In this document: positions 52,125-64,000 of the stretch, piece by piece | Numbering within the stretch: position 1 is the first letter of the stretch | How the letters are laid out: the number at the start of each line of letters is the position of its first letter | NCBI RefSeq assembly: GCF_018350175.1 | Contig: NC_058368.1 | Location: forward strand, 118,236,001 to 118,300,000 | Direction of reading: 5' to 3' | Source: Felis catus | Lineage: Eukaryota | Length of the DNA stretch: 64,000 nucleotides | Program-made: the position numbers and the translations under genes | The notes under the pieces: generated by a model | Database searches by the model: none | The model's input: only the letters and a program-made list of their open reading frames with translations | Told to the model about the DNA's origin: nothing

Positions 52125-52337
52125 GGGGCGCCTGGGTGGCGCAGTCGGTTAAGCGTCCGACTTCAGCCAGGTCACGATCTCACGCTCCGTGAGTTCGAGC
52201 CCCGCGTCAGGCTCTGGGCTGATGGCTCGGAGCCTGGAGCCTGTTTCCGATTCTGTGTCTCCCTTTCTCTCTGCCCCTCCCCCGTTCATGCTGTCTCGCT
52301 CTGTCCCAAAAATAAATAAAAAACGTTGAAAAAAAAA
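52125..52337 (+). mobile_element. Young CanSINE (SINEC_Fc)
   Basis: Perfect 21-bp TSD AGAAATTAAGAAAACAATAAC (52104-52124 and 52338-52358). Confidence 0.96.
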
Positions 52338-53101
52338 AGAAATTAAGAAAACAATAACATCTTACATTTTTTTCTTCAATAAACAGCTCTTAACCAGATC
52401 TTGTTTCAATTCTAAGGGAGTTTTCTAAGGCAGGAAAACGAGAGGCAGTATACACAGTGCTTAAATGTCCAGCCTATGCAGCTAGATCCCTGTGTTCAAA
52501 TACTGGTCCAGCCACTCCCCACAGTAGATCCTGGGAAACCTCACCAAGCCCTCAATGTCTTTGCCTGTAAAATATGACTAATAACAGTACCTACTCTCAG
52601 AGGGTGGCTGGGAGGATTCAATGACACGTATAAGAGCAGAGCACCTGAAACAAAGTTAGGACTCAAAAACTGGGAGGTGCCGCTGTCACAGGACTGATGT
52701 TTCTTTAGCTCAGCCCATCCAAATGCCTCCAAAAGCTTCTAAGAGAATCCTAGCCAAAGACAACAAAGGACATGCACTTCAAGCTATTTTTCTGGTTGAA
52801 GAAAAGAAATTCTCTTGCTCATGCGCTCCCTGGCTCCATAGCAGGCCCACAGAAGTGGCCACAGACACAACGCACAACAGGCTTCATTCACATTCTGAAC
52901 ATCTCCCTGCTCCCACTGCCGTACGTTAGCCTGGTTCAAGGCTGTGCTAAGTGGCCATAAACAGGTCCAGGTGGCAGGTCACACAGTATGGCTGTAGTTT
53001 CTCTCCATTTGCCTGTAATCTGGGCTTCCTCACAAGACCTCAGCTCTTAGGTGGCTGAAAAACAGTTCAGTCTTGTCCAGTATAAGAATTTAAACAGTCC
53101 T

Positions 53102-53311
53102 GGGGCACCTAGGTGGCTCAGTCAGTTGAGCATCCAATTGTTGATGCCGACTCAGGTCATGATCTCATGGTTCTTGGGGTCAAGCCCCACGTCGGACTCT
53201 GTGCTGACAGCCTGGAGCCTGCTTGGGATTCTCTCTCTCCCTCTCTCTCTGCCCCTCCCCTGCTCATGCTTCTCTCTCTCTCTCTCAAAATAAATAAATA
53301 ATCTTAAAAAA
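53102..53311 (+). mobile_element. CanSINE
   Basis: TSD TAAGAwTTTAArCAGTCCT. Confidence 0.92.
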
Positions 53312-54399
53312 CTAAGATTTTAAGCAGTCCTGTTAGGCACTACTCTGCCCCTGAGATTCCCTCCCCTTTGGCTGCCCTCCCGCTGCTTTTGGAAGTATCA
53401 TCTAGCAGTAAGAGGAGTGGAGGTCCCTGAGTCTCTCACTGGAAGAGCTGAGATACTCATTCATAGGCCTCTGGGGCCCAAGGTCTCAGTGTGGAACCCT
53501 TTGCCTGCCCTATCACTGCCTACTCACAGCCTTTACGGCTCAAGTTGAGGTCCTGGTCTCTCTTGTTGCAGTCAGAATTCAGGGAGGCTCCTTGGCTGAC
53601 CAGCTCCTGTTGGCCATGGGCTCCTTGTTTCCCCAGCCAGGAGGTCACCCCCTGGCCCCACAGCAGGGTCACCCCACAGTGGCCTCTGGCTGTCATCTCA
53701 GCATCTGCATCATGCAGGAATCACAGGAGATACAGAGTATGAACTACGCCCACTTGCCCCTGGATCATACTCACCCATACTCTCAACCCTCCAGCCCTCC
53801 CCATGTTACAGGGCCAGCCATCCTGCGCTTGGCTCATCGGGATGTTTCCACGGGCAAGCCACCTCCACCCCGCACTCCTCCACACGCACACACACACACC
53901 TTCTTTTCCACCTCCATCTTCGGATGCTCCCGTGGCAGACGGCATCCTCTACACGGTGGTAGGAACACCACGATCTGTCCACCAGATTGCTGTGTTAAAT
54001 GGGAGCTCAAGCAATTTTGCAAGTCTTCTCTTCACAAATCTTGGCAGCTGAGCTGACTGTCCTCTTTATTCTCTGTTCCCTTTTCCTTCTCTGGCGCTGT
54101 GTGACAGGTCCCCTGACCCAGGCTCTGGGCAAGGAGACTCCAAGTGGAGCATGGTTTAAAGGCAGCAGGATGGGGTGGGAGGGATCAAGATACATAGCTT
54201 CATATTTGCCTTATTTTCTTCCTCAGGCAGCCATGCCTCTCCCAGGCCTACCATAGCTAAAGGAATCATTGTCCTTCAAGGCATTTTCCTTTGTTTCATT
54301 CATGCATGTGTTCATTCAACAACTGTGATTGAGCACCTGACATGCAGGCACTGTGCCGAGAACCAGGTAAGTAGCTGCCTCACGGACGTAATGTAAATA

Positions 54400-54692
54400 C
54401 ACTTGAACTCTTTGAACGACATGGGGTTAAACTGTGCAGGTCCACTTATATGTGGGTTTTTCCACATATGTTTTCTCTTCCTTATAATGTTCTTATTAGC
54501 ATGTTCTTTTCTCTAGCTTAGTTAATTGTAAGAATCCAGTAGATAACATACAAAATGTGCATTGACTCTTTACATTATCATTCAGACTCCCAGTCCACAG
54601 TATGCTATTAGTAGTTAAGTTTTGGGGGAATCAAAAGTTATACATGGATTTTCAACTGCATGGGAGGTCAGCCCATGTTCAAGTGTCAACTG
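54400..54692. mobile_element. Tigger2a-like non-autonomous DNA transposon
   Basis: TA-flanked TIRs cacttgaactctttgaacgaca / tgttcaagtgtcaactg; internal gctattagtagttaagttttggggga. Confidence 0.8.
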
Positions 54693-54699
54693 TATTCTC

Positions 54700-55493
54700 C
54701 TCATGTGAAAAGATGCTCAACGTCATTAGCCATGAGGGAAATGTGGATTAAAAGTACAATGTGATACTATTTCACATCCGCTAGAATGGCTGCAATCAAA
54801 AGATGGTTAATAACAAATGTTGGCAAAGATGTGGGGGAATCGGAGCCCTCTTCCATTGCTGATGGAAATGTAAAATTGGTATAGCCACTTTGGAAACCAG
54901 TTTGACAGTTCCTCGAGTGGTCACCCATAGGGTTACCATATGAAAGTACAATCCCACTCCTAGGGATATACCCAAGAGAAATGAAACATACGTTCATACA
55001 GAAACATGTACACTAATGTTCATAGCAGCATTATTCATAAAGCCAAAAGGTAGAAACAACACAAATGGCCTTCAAATGATGAATAGAGAAACAAAATGTG
55101 GTATGTCCATAAGATGGAATATTACGGGGCTGTAAAAAGGAAGGAGGTACTGATAACATGCTATGACATGAGTGAACCTTGAAGACGTTATGCTGTGTGA
55201 AAGAAGCTGCCACGCAGTACTATATTTTGTGTGATTCATTTGTATGAAGTGTCCAGAGTAGGCAAATCCATACAGGCAGAAAGTAGATTGGTGGTTGCCA
55301 GGGGCTGGGAGGGGGTAGAATGGCGAGTGATTGCTTCATAGGAGTGGGTTATTTTTAGTGTGGTGAGTATCCTGAAATTATTTAATGGCAATAGTTGCAC
55401 AACTCTGTGAATATAGTGAAAGCCATTGCATCGAACACTTGAAGTGAGTAAATTGTGTGGTATGTAAATTATATCTCAAGAAAGCTGTTAAAA
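54700..55493 (+). mobile_element. LINE-1 ORF2 end and 3'UTR (L1MB-like)
   Basis: aaaagatgctcaacgtcattag...ccactttggaaa...gttcatagcagcattattcat...ttatatctcaa. Confidence 0.88.
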
Positions 55494-55645
55494 GATGTTC
55501 TCATCTCTCTAACTGAATGTCTTTTCCAGTTCCTTAGCTCTCCTAGGACGAATATGAATACAACTTCCAGTTATTTTAGGATTTTTTCCAACACACTTTT
55601 TAGATCCAGTGTTAGGTAGCTAGACATCTATTTAATGATTTTTAT

Positions 55646-55900
55646 TTATTTTTTAGGTTGATTTGTTTTTAGAGGGAAAGAGAGAGAGAGAGCACAAGCA
55701 GGAGAGAGGGGCAGAGGGAGAGTAGGAGAGGGAGAAGGAGAGGCAAAGAGAGAGAGAGAGGGAGAGAGAGAAAGAATCTTAAGCACGCTCCACGCTCAGC
55801 ATGGAGCCCAACTCGGGGCTCAAGTCCACAACCATGAGATAATGACCTGAGCTATAGTCAAGGGTCAGACCCTCAAGTGACTGAGCCACCCAGGTGCCCC
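55646..55900 (-). mobile_element. CanSINE
   Basis: TSD TATTTAATGATTTTTA. Confidence 0.9.
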
Positions 55901-56865
55901 TATTTAATGATTTTTAAACTGTTATTTCCCATTAGAAAGTAAGCTCCAAGAGAGCAGGAACTTTTGTTTTGTTGGTTGTTATATCCACCATGTTTAACCT
56001 GTTCCATGTCATGGAACTCACATACCAAATGGACACAGAATCCCAGCTAGGCATGAGATGACTGCTATAGGCATCATTCACTCAGGACATGTCTACTGCA
56101 GCCTCATGGTGTATGGAGTGAATGAATGAAACACACATGTCTCTGCCCTGGGGGAACTTACAGCAAAGGATACCTGTCCTGAGCAGGTCTAGCACTTTGA
56201 TCAAATCTGAAAACAAGTAATATCTAACATTCACTGAAGGTTTACATACACAGAAAGTGGGGATTTTGTTAAAGTTGCCCTTACTGGGGCTTTGTGGGCA
56301 TTTAGGCTGAGCTGAGACAGTCATGCAAAGAAAAAGAAGACAGATTCTAAAGGATTGGGGGTGAGTGAAAAGAAGGTCAGGCAAGACAAAAAGAAAACAG
56401 CATTTTCCAGTGCATTTGCTGGTTCCAAGGAGCAATTCCAAGCTGTGATTTTAAGTTCTTGTTGAGGTGGAGGGTAGTATCGAGAAAGGGGAAAGCGCCA
56501 AGTACCATCCTTCATGTCCAGTGTCGGGAAGTCTTCGAGAAGAGATATGAAGGGAAAGAGTGACTCAGTGGCTGGGAGGGGAGGGAACAAGGGTGTTTCA
56601 AAGGGATGGGGAAGATTTCATTACCGTACAACAGCCTTCTTCACAATGGAAAATTATGGGAAGGATAACCAAAGGGTCAAGATAGAGGGCGAGAAGATAT
56701 ACAATGATGACACAGTTGGGAACCCGAGAGGCGGGCTTGTAGATACGCAGCCCACGGTGGGTGATGGAGGTCTTGGGGTCAAAAATTAAAGCAAGAAAAC
56801 TCATCCAGTTGACTTTTCCTACACATACAACCTCCTCATTCCACCTCTGTCTTGCCCCATGTTTT

Positions 56866-57086
56866 CTTTTTTCTTTTTTAAATTTTTTTAATGTTTATTA
56901 TTTTTGAGAGAGAGAGAAAGAGAGCAAGCAGGGAAGGGGCAGAGAGAGAGGGAGACAGAATCGAAAGCAGGCTCCAGGCTCTGAGCGGTCAGCACAGAGC
57001 TGGATGTGGGGCTCGAACTCACAGACCGTGACATCATGACCTGAGCTGTAGTCGGCCACCCAACCGACTGAGCCACCCAGGTGCCC
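56866..57086 (-). mobile_element. CanSINE
   Basis: TSD CCCCATGTTTT. Confidence 0.92.
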
Positions 57087-58134
57087 TGACCCCCATGTTT
57101 TCATTTTAATACACAGGGTTTCTAGAAAACCTGTAATGAGAAGGAGATGTGAAACAGGGCTAGGAACTGACTGAGACATGAACGTGGCTCTTGCACAAGG
57201 CAAGGCAGAGTCAGAGAGTTTAGACACTTCAAGAGATGGGAGGAGACAAGGAAGATGTGGGCAGAATAAAGTTCAGGGTCAAGGATGACGCCACAGAATC
57301 CAGCGCAAATTGCTAACTAGAGCTTGGGGAGAAGGAAAGATGGGTCAGAGATAGAGCCGAGACCCAGGAGGCTTATGAGCTAGAAAATAAAGATCTTGGA
57401 GGATCTTCCTAAAGGGGTTGGCTTTACAACTAGAAGTTGTAAGTTTACAACTGACTTTACAACTAGAAGACACACTCCTGGAGTTCAAGGAAGCTTGAGA
57501 ATTAGAGTGAACCCAGGCACAGATGAACGAGGTGAGGTTTTCTCTATTCTTGAGGTCGGTCGCCTCCATTGTGTTTTTGACTTGCCCAGCTGTCCACCCA
57601 CCAGGAGGACCAGATGACAAAGATAGCCCATCTCCTTCAGAGGCCATCTTGCCTGCTGATCAAGGGCAGGGACTTTGGCCCAGGATGCTGCCCAGGCTCT
57701 GTGGCTCCCTGGCTCTGTGTCACTGAACATGCACACTGGCTGCACCACACTGAACCCTGTGCCTCATCTGTAAAAGCAGGGGTGAGAAGAAAGGACTGTT
57801 ATTGAGATGAAACGAGATAGTAGAGGCAAAGCTCCTAGCAGTATGGCGCCTAGAATACTTCCCAGGCCTCAGAGGCACTTTTCTGTGGGTGTTTTACCAC
57901 CTCTAAAATCAGGAAGTACAGCATTTTTTTTCGCAGTTGTATGTAAAATGATGGTGTATGATTCAACTTATGGTGTCTTAAATTTGATGAGATAGGGAAG
58001 TAGACATCCAGTAAAAGGCAGTTGCGGTGTTTTGTGGTTATTCTACCTGTGCTAGATTCATGGTTCCGTCAATGTCTAGAGGTTTCATTCTTGACTCTAG
58101 CTGGCTGAGCCTTTTCCCTGGGGGACAGGAGCCT

Positions 58135-58360
58135 GGGTCCTGGAGTCAGCCCCACTGAGGGTTAGTCTTGACTTGGCTACGAATCACAGTGAGACCAGGG
58201 TCATGTGACATCACCTCTCTGAACCTTGGTGTCTTCTCCTCTATAAGGGGGATAACAGTATTATGCACCCTCCTAGATTTATGTGAGGATTAAATGGCAC
58301 AGAGTTCTGTAAAGTGCTTAGCACAGTGCTGCAGTTGTATATACATTGAATAATGATGAT
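58135..58360 (+). mobile_element. MIR remnant
   Basis: ctggagtcag...cacctctctgaacc...gtgaggattaaatg...aaagtgcttagcacagtgc. Confidence 0.75.
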
Positions 58361-59030
58361 GAAAAGAGTAATAATTAAATGGTAGCATTGACTTAGATAA
58401 ACAAGATCACATTTTCTAAAAAGTGTTATTATTATTATTCCTGAGATACCTGGGGAGCCCCACCACAAAACAGCCAGCTCGGACTCTGGGTGGGCAGGGA
58501 TCTCAGAACCCAAATCAGCCCTCCTGTTCTGCGATGGTGGGTACCTAGGACTGCAGCCTAAGACCTTGAACCATCTCCCCCACTGCCATCCTTCTTCCTG
58601 AGCCAGCTTTCTGTCTCTCCAGCACTCCCCTCCTTAGGACTTTGGCATCTCTGGACACTTTTGTTTAGGAACTGTTTCCCTTGGAAAAGAGGGCATCGTC
58701 ATCTCCCTTGGAAAAGACCACCACAGATCCTGGCTGGGGTTTCTCAAGCAATTAATGACCCAAGAGCTCCCCAACGAGGCTCTTCTCTGTCCTGTCATCC
58801 TCCTGTCTTGTCTTGCACACTTGCTCACTTCGCCCAGCTATCTGCTTCTGTCCCTCAACCTGCAGTAGCCTACAAGTGCCTTTTACCTCTCCCTAATGAG
58901 ACTGGCTTATCAAAATCAGTCAAGGTCTACATTTATCACATCAATAACTCACACACCAGAACCTCCCCATATCTCCAATCTCCCTGGTGTTTCCCATCCA
59001 AATTCTCTATTCCTATCCAATTCTCTATGG

Positions 59031-59272
59031 GCCTGGGCCTGGGTGGCCCAGTTGGTTAAGTATGTGACTTCAGCTCAGGTCATGCTCTTGTGGTTCGTGG
59101 GTTTGAGCCCTGCGTCAAGCTCTGCACTGGCAGCTCAGAGCCTGGAGCCTGCTTCAGATTCTGTGTCTCCCCCTCTCTCTCTGCCCCTCCCCAGTTTCTG
59201 CTCTCTCTCTCTCTCTCTCTCTCTCTCAAAAATAAATAAATAAACTTTACAAAATTTAAAAGAAACAAACAA
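59031..59272 (+). mobile_element. CanSINE
   Basis: TSD approx. TTCTCyATGG. Confidence 0.9.
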
Positions 59273-59638
59273 AGTTCTCCATGGTTCTGAAAACTTTTCC
59301 CAGACTTCCTCTGCAAGTGCTATAAACAGGTTTTCCTCCCGGGAGGCTGCCCAGAGAGTCTCTGCCAGTTCCTTTCTTCACCCCTGATATTTCTCCTCAC
59401 ATCATGAGGACAGAAGCCGGAACTAATGACTCTTCCCCAGATTGGCTCTCTGGCAAGCCTTTCTCTTCTGAGGGGAGACCCGCTCCTGCAGTCTGCCTTG
59501 CTGTACCTTTAATAACTGGCTTGCCTCGTCGCATCCATCCCAGGGGCAGGAATACCCAGACTTCTATGTATGGCTCTGCCAGTGGAAATTCCAGTGTAAC
59601 CTGAGTGATTCTAGGATGGCATTTGATGAAAGTTCTTT

Positions 59639-59870
59639 TTTTTTTTTCTTTTTAATAATAGGTTTTTTTTTAATGTTTATTTTTGAGAGAGAGAAAGACA
59701 GTATGAGCAGGGGAGGTGTGGAGAGGGGGACAGAGGCTCTGAAAAGCAGGCTCTGTGCATACAGACAGCAGCAAGCCTAACGTGGGGCTCGAACTCATGA
59801 ACCATGAGATCATGACCTGAGCCATGATCAAGAGTTGGACACTTAACCGACTGAGCCACCCAGGCACCCC
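59639..59870 (-). mobile_element. CanSINE
   Basis: TSD TGAAAGTTCTTT. Confidence 0.9.
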
Positions 59871-59890
59871 AGTGAAAGTTCTTTATCTTT

Positions 59891-60104
59891 TTAAATTTTT
59901 TTTAACGTTTATTTATTTTTGAGACAGAGAGAGACAAAGCATGAACGGGGGAGGGTCAGAGAGAGGGAGACACAGAATCTGAAACAGGCTCCAGGCTCTG
60001 AGCTGTCAGCACAGAGCCCGACGCGGGGCTCGAACTCAGGGACCGCGAGATCATGACCTGAGCCGAAGTTGACTGCTCAACCGACTGAGCCACCCAGGTG
60101 CCCC
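59891..60104 (-). mobile_element. CanSINE (younger)
   Basis: TSD GAAAGTTCTTTATCTTT. Confidence 0.94.
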
Positions 60105-61655
60105 GAAAGTTCTTTATCTTTAACAGCCACTGGTTTCCCCTCCAGGTGCAGTTATCATGGAATCAGACCTGGAACGGCAGCAGGGGCCCTGTGGCTGCTC
60201 CTGGGGGAAGCTGTGGAATTAGGACTTTTTTGCTGGATTTGCAACACAACAGAATGGCTCTCATGGTCTTAGGAGCAGGTCAAAAAAGTCCCAGCCTCTC
60301 AAAACGTGTTTCTGCTCACTTAGAAATCTTAAGGGCGTAATGCAGTGTGCTGGCTGGATTGGGGTGTAAGGTTTCACACAAGCAGCCGTAGTGTGGCATC
60401 GCTGAATCTAGTCCCATCGAGACTAGAAAGCACGGCCTCCTACATGAGATTCCCCACAATGATTTATTTATCTGTCTATCTGCCCATCTGTATATTGTCA
60501 GACATATCCCCATCCCCAAAATGCGGCATTTAAGCCAGCATATGGAAGACAGTGTGGCATCAGAAAGATGTCTAGACTGTAACAAGATGAGCCAAACTCA
60601 AGCCAGGCGAAGGAAGAAAGCAAAGAAAGGCTGGGCACCTGGCAGTCCCTCCGAGCAGTAGATAGAAAGGAGTGGGCTTTCTCCCTTGCCACATGTCCAC
60701 ACTGCAGAGGTTTTCTTCCGGGGGGATACGAAAGATCAAAGTGCCTTCTACGGCCAGGCTTTGGAACCTGGGGCCACTTTCCTCCCGGCCCTCCAGGGCT
60801 GGCTCTTGCCTGTTCATACACTCCCCTGTTTGTGCCCACAAAGGATGGAGGAGGCACCCTGGCTGGTCTCATGGTGGCTGCCTGTGCATAGCCCTCTGGG
60901 CAAGCAGCTCTTCCCCTTTCCCAACCTTCCCATCCTGGCTCTCCCCTCTGGCCCCGCTCCCATGCAGTAGGATGCCACAGAGGTCCTGCCCTTACTCACA
61001 AAGGCAGGTCTGTCTGGAGCTGAGCAGGGCAGGCCCTCAGGGGAGGGCCTGGGCTCCACTCTTCTCTCCTTAAGGAAACAGACAGGCCCAGTCCAGTGAG
61101 TTGGGGAGAGGGCGTTGCCCTTGTTAAGTATCTCCTCACAGGCTCAGGCAGAGAGGCGAGGTGACTGTGTGACAGGAGAGTGCTCTGCTCGGGGCACCTG
61201 TGTTATGGGGCTGCGTAAGAGGGCCAGGCCACCTCCCGAATCAAATCAGATTAAACCAATCGGGATGCCACGAGCTGTCACCCAGTCCTCTGCCCCCGCA
61301 TCGGTCAAAATGGCTTCTCTTTGAAACCCGCTTCTGTAACCTAGTTAATACATGTGAAGTGTGGTCACTCACTGCTCTGCCTTTGACATCTCTCAAACAT
61401 TGTGATTTGTCGCGTGACCTTGAGGTTCACTGCCCTGGTTGTCACTGTCCCCATTCACTTCATATGGAGTGACCTTCATTACGTATAAGGGACCTGACAA
61501 AACCCAGTGAGGGAATAAAGGTGGAGTCATGGTCAAAGGCATGGGCTCCTAGGTCAGGATTCCTGGATTTAAATCCAGAAAGTTAGCCTGTACAGTGAGA
61601 CCAGGGATAGTGTCCACCCCCCACCCCCGTGCTTGTTATAAAGATGCAACAAGGT

Positions 61656-61846
61656 GGGGCACCTGGGTGGCTCAGTTGGTTAAGCGTCTGACTCTTGGTT
61701 TCGGCTCAGATCATGATCTCACAGTTCATTAGATCGAGCCCCGTATGGGCTGGCAGCACAAAGTCTGCTTGGGATTCTTTCTCTGCCTCTCTCTCTCTCT
61801 CTCTGTCTCTAAGTAAATTTAAAAAATAAATAAAAAAACTTTTTTT
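61656..61846 (+). mobile_element. CanSINE
   Basis: Head GGGGCACCTGGGTGGCTCAGTTGGTTAAG, CT tract, tail. Confidence 0.88.
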
Positions 61847-64000
61847 TAAAGGGTGAAGCACATGACTCCTGTTGCCTGTAAAGCATCTGGTAGGTTTAGC
61901 TATTATTTTTGTTATGATTTTTCAGAACAAATAAGACCAACTCCCTGTCCTTGATGGAAGGTGGGAAGTGAAATTGTAAATGAGACCGACTGCGGTAAAT
62001 GCCGGGCAGGGGGTGAAAGCCTGGGGGAGAAGGGGCCGTGGAGGATTTGGTGGAAGCAGTGGGATCTCAACCAGAAGAACACATAGGCTTCATGCATATG
62101 GACACGGGATCCCAGGATAGCTTGAACAGAGACCCAGGCATGGGGAGTGGAGGTGGCCTTTTCCCCGCAGGGGGACAGGTTCTGCTGGGCAGGGGGATGT
62201 GTAGGACTCACAGGGTCCCCGCACACTCATGTGGAGTCAGATCACAGAGGACCTCCGTGCCATTCTGAAGAGTTTGCACTCTTCTCTGCAAGCCCTGGGG
62301 AGCCAGTGGAGATTTCCGAGAAGGGAATTTGGAAGATGCTTTCGGTAACAACTTATAGGAAAATGGCAGTGCTGGGAGAGGGCAGGGCAGAGGCAGAGCG
62401 GAGGCCAAGGAGCACGGTGCTCTGTGTTTCCCTCCCTGAGACGTTCATCAGTCTTCAAGTCGTTGCTTAATGCTCATCTTCTTTACTAAACTGTAAGCTA
62501 GTCAAGGGCAGGGGCCATGTGCTTCCTGTGCAGTGTCATATCCTCAGCCCACTTCCTGGTGCTCTGTAAAGAGTTGCTGAATTGAAATAGAAGGTCCTAA
62601 ACTAGAGCTGTGAGTAGAAGGCAGATGATGGGTCCAAAACCACTTGGGGAGGACAATGAGGAGGATTTGGCAGATGATGGGAACTTAGCAAAGGGATCAT
62701 CAGATGATGACTCAGAGTGTGCAGGAAGGAGACAGGGATGGGGCGCTGTTTACCGACAGAGTGGATGTAACCAGGAGAATCCCATTGTGCAGAGCAGACA
62801 TGAGCTAGCTACCTATGGTGTGTGCTACGTCTGAAATAAGAGTCGCCCATCAGTACGGAGCTGAGGGTGGGGCCCGCAGTGACAGTAGGGCTCTGCAGAG
62901 GGGCTAGAGTTGGGGGCAGATGCAGGAGAGGAGTGAGGTGGGATCTTCAAGGGAGAATAACCCGGAGCCTGAGGAGAGAAGTGAACAGAGGCGGGGGATG
63001 CCCCGCGGTCTCCAAGATCTGCAATGTAAGACCCTTCTCTCAGAGAAGCCACAGGAGGCAGGCCCAAAGGTACAGGATCACGGCATCCAAGGGGGAGGCT
63101 GGCACTGGTCCACACTGTGCACAACTACGGAGGCTAAGCAGATGGAAAATGGAAGACAGAGCTTCAGGATTGGTCTCCTGCCTCCAAGCTTTGTTGTTCC
63201 AGTCTCTTTTTCTGCTGCCTCTGAAGCCTTTCTTCTAACAGAGGACCTGTGTGTGCCAGTGCTTCCGTTATCAGAAACCTTCCATTGCTTCCCATTGCCC
63301 AAAGTCCTTTGCAAAGCATTTCAGTGACCCCAGATCTGGTCTGAAAAGCCCCACCTCCTACTTTATCCTTCCCCATCTCATCGGTCTGGGACTCTCCCTC
63401 TGCTTGTTGCATACCAAGTATTCTCGGGCCTTCATGGTTAGTGTATGCTGTTCCCCAGCCTGGAATGCCCTTCCCTTCCACTTGCTGCTAATTACAACTC
63501 TTCTTATCCTTCAATGCCTCTATCAAATGTTACCTCTCCATTGCAAAGCGTTCTGTGATATCTCCAGTAAATAAGGTCTTTCCTCCCTTCAAGGACCCAT
63601 GCAGTGTTTTGCCTAGCAATCATTTCATTCTTTCTAAGTTTCCATGGAGTTGTTGGCTTGTCGCTGTCCTCCCCTAGCTTATGTATGAAAGCAAAGAACA
63701 CATTGTATCTTTGAATCACCCACAGCATGAGCTCTTGGGCGGGAAGGCAGTCAACCAGTACCAGCCAAGCATCTGAAGAGAGAAATGCCTAAGAGCAGTA
63801 GATGCTGGCAGTTCCAGCACTCCCAGTTATTTCTTTGGAAATTGTGGGGTGCCTCATAGTTATTTGTCTTTAGGGGTTTGCTCTATAATTAATGCCTTGG
63901 CCCAGTGGTGGGTTGCCTTATAATCATACGTGTTCCCCATGATCTCTCGAGCCATTTTGATATTGAGGATACACTATTGCACATACACTAATATTTTCCA

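Noticed and set aside
61520..61575. DR1-like TGGTCAAAGGCA as a PPAR/HNF4 element
   Set aside because: It falls within a decayed MIR 5' end and is a poor match to the consensus.
55000..64000. FGF1 brain exon 1B or exon 1A
   Set aside because: I could not find a match to the recalled human 1B exon end (...GCCTACAAGCTCTTTAG). It probably lies beyond position 64000.
1..64000. A previously undescribed multi-gene biological system
   Set aside because: The window is explained by one known exon, intronic/regulatory sequence and ordinary carnivore repeats. No second credible coding unit or structured RNA was found.

Overview
Mammalian (felid, cat-like) genomic DNA from the FGF1 locus, with the gene on the minus strand. 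The only protein-coding sequence I can support is the first coding exon of FGF1 (CDS 6286->6118, exon 6322->6118, canonical splice sites). Bases 1-6117 are the intron that follows it. Bases 6323-64000 lie upstream of it, in the long 5' region where FGF1's alternative untranslated first exons and promoters sit in human and mouse. The felid assignment rests on about 40 tRNA-derived CanSINEs (SINEC_Fc type), most with readable target-site duplications (TSDs). The window also holds MIR, L2, L1 relics, Tigger/hAT DNA-transposon remnants and microsatellites. Many other ORFs in the track are repeat-derived, and none resembles a protein I recognise. I find no convincing new biological system. The best leads are a candidate serum-responsive proximal FGF1 promoter (about 9630-9870), a short tandem array of nuclear-receptor half-sites (1031-1110), closely spaced inverted SINE pairs in the pre-mRNA, and sites of repeated SINE insertion. 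Repeat family names come from recalled consensus similarity, not from a database search, and repeat boundaries are approximate.
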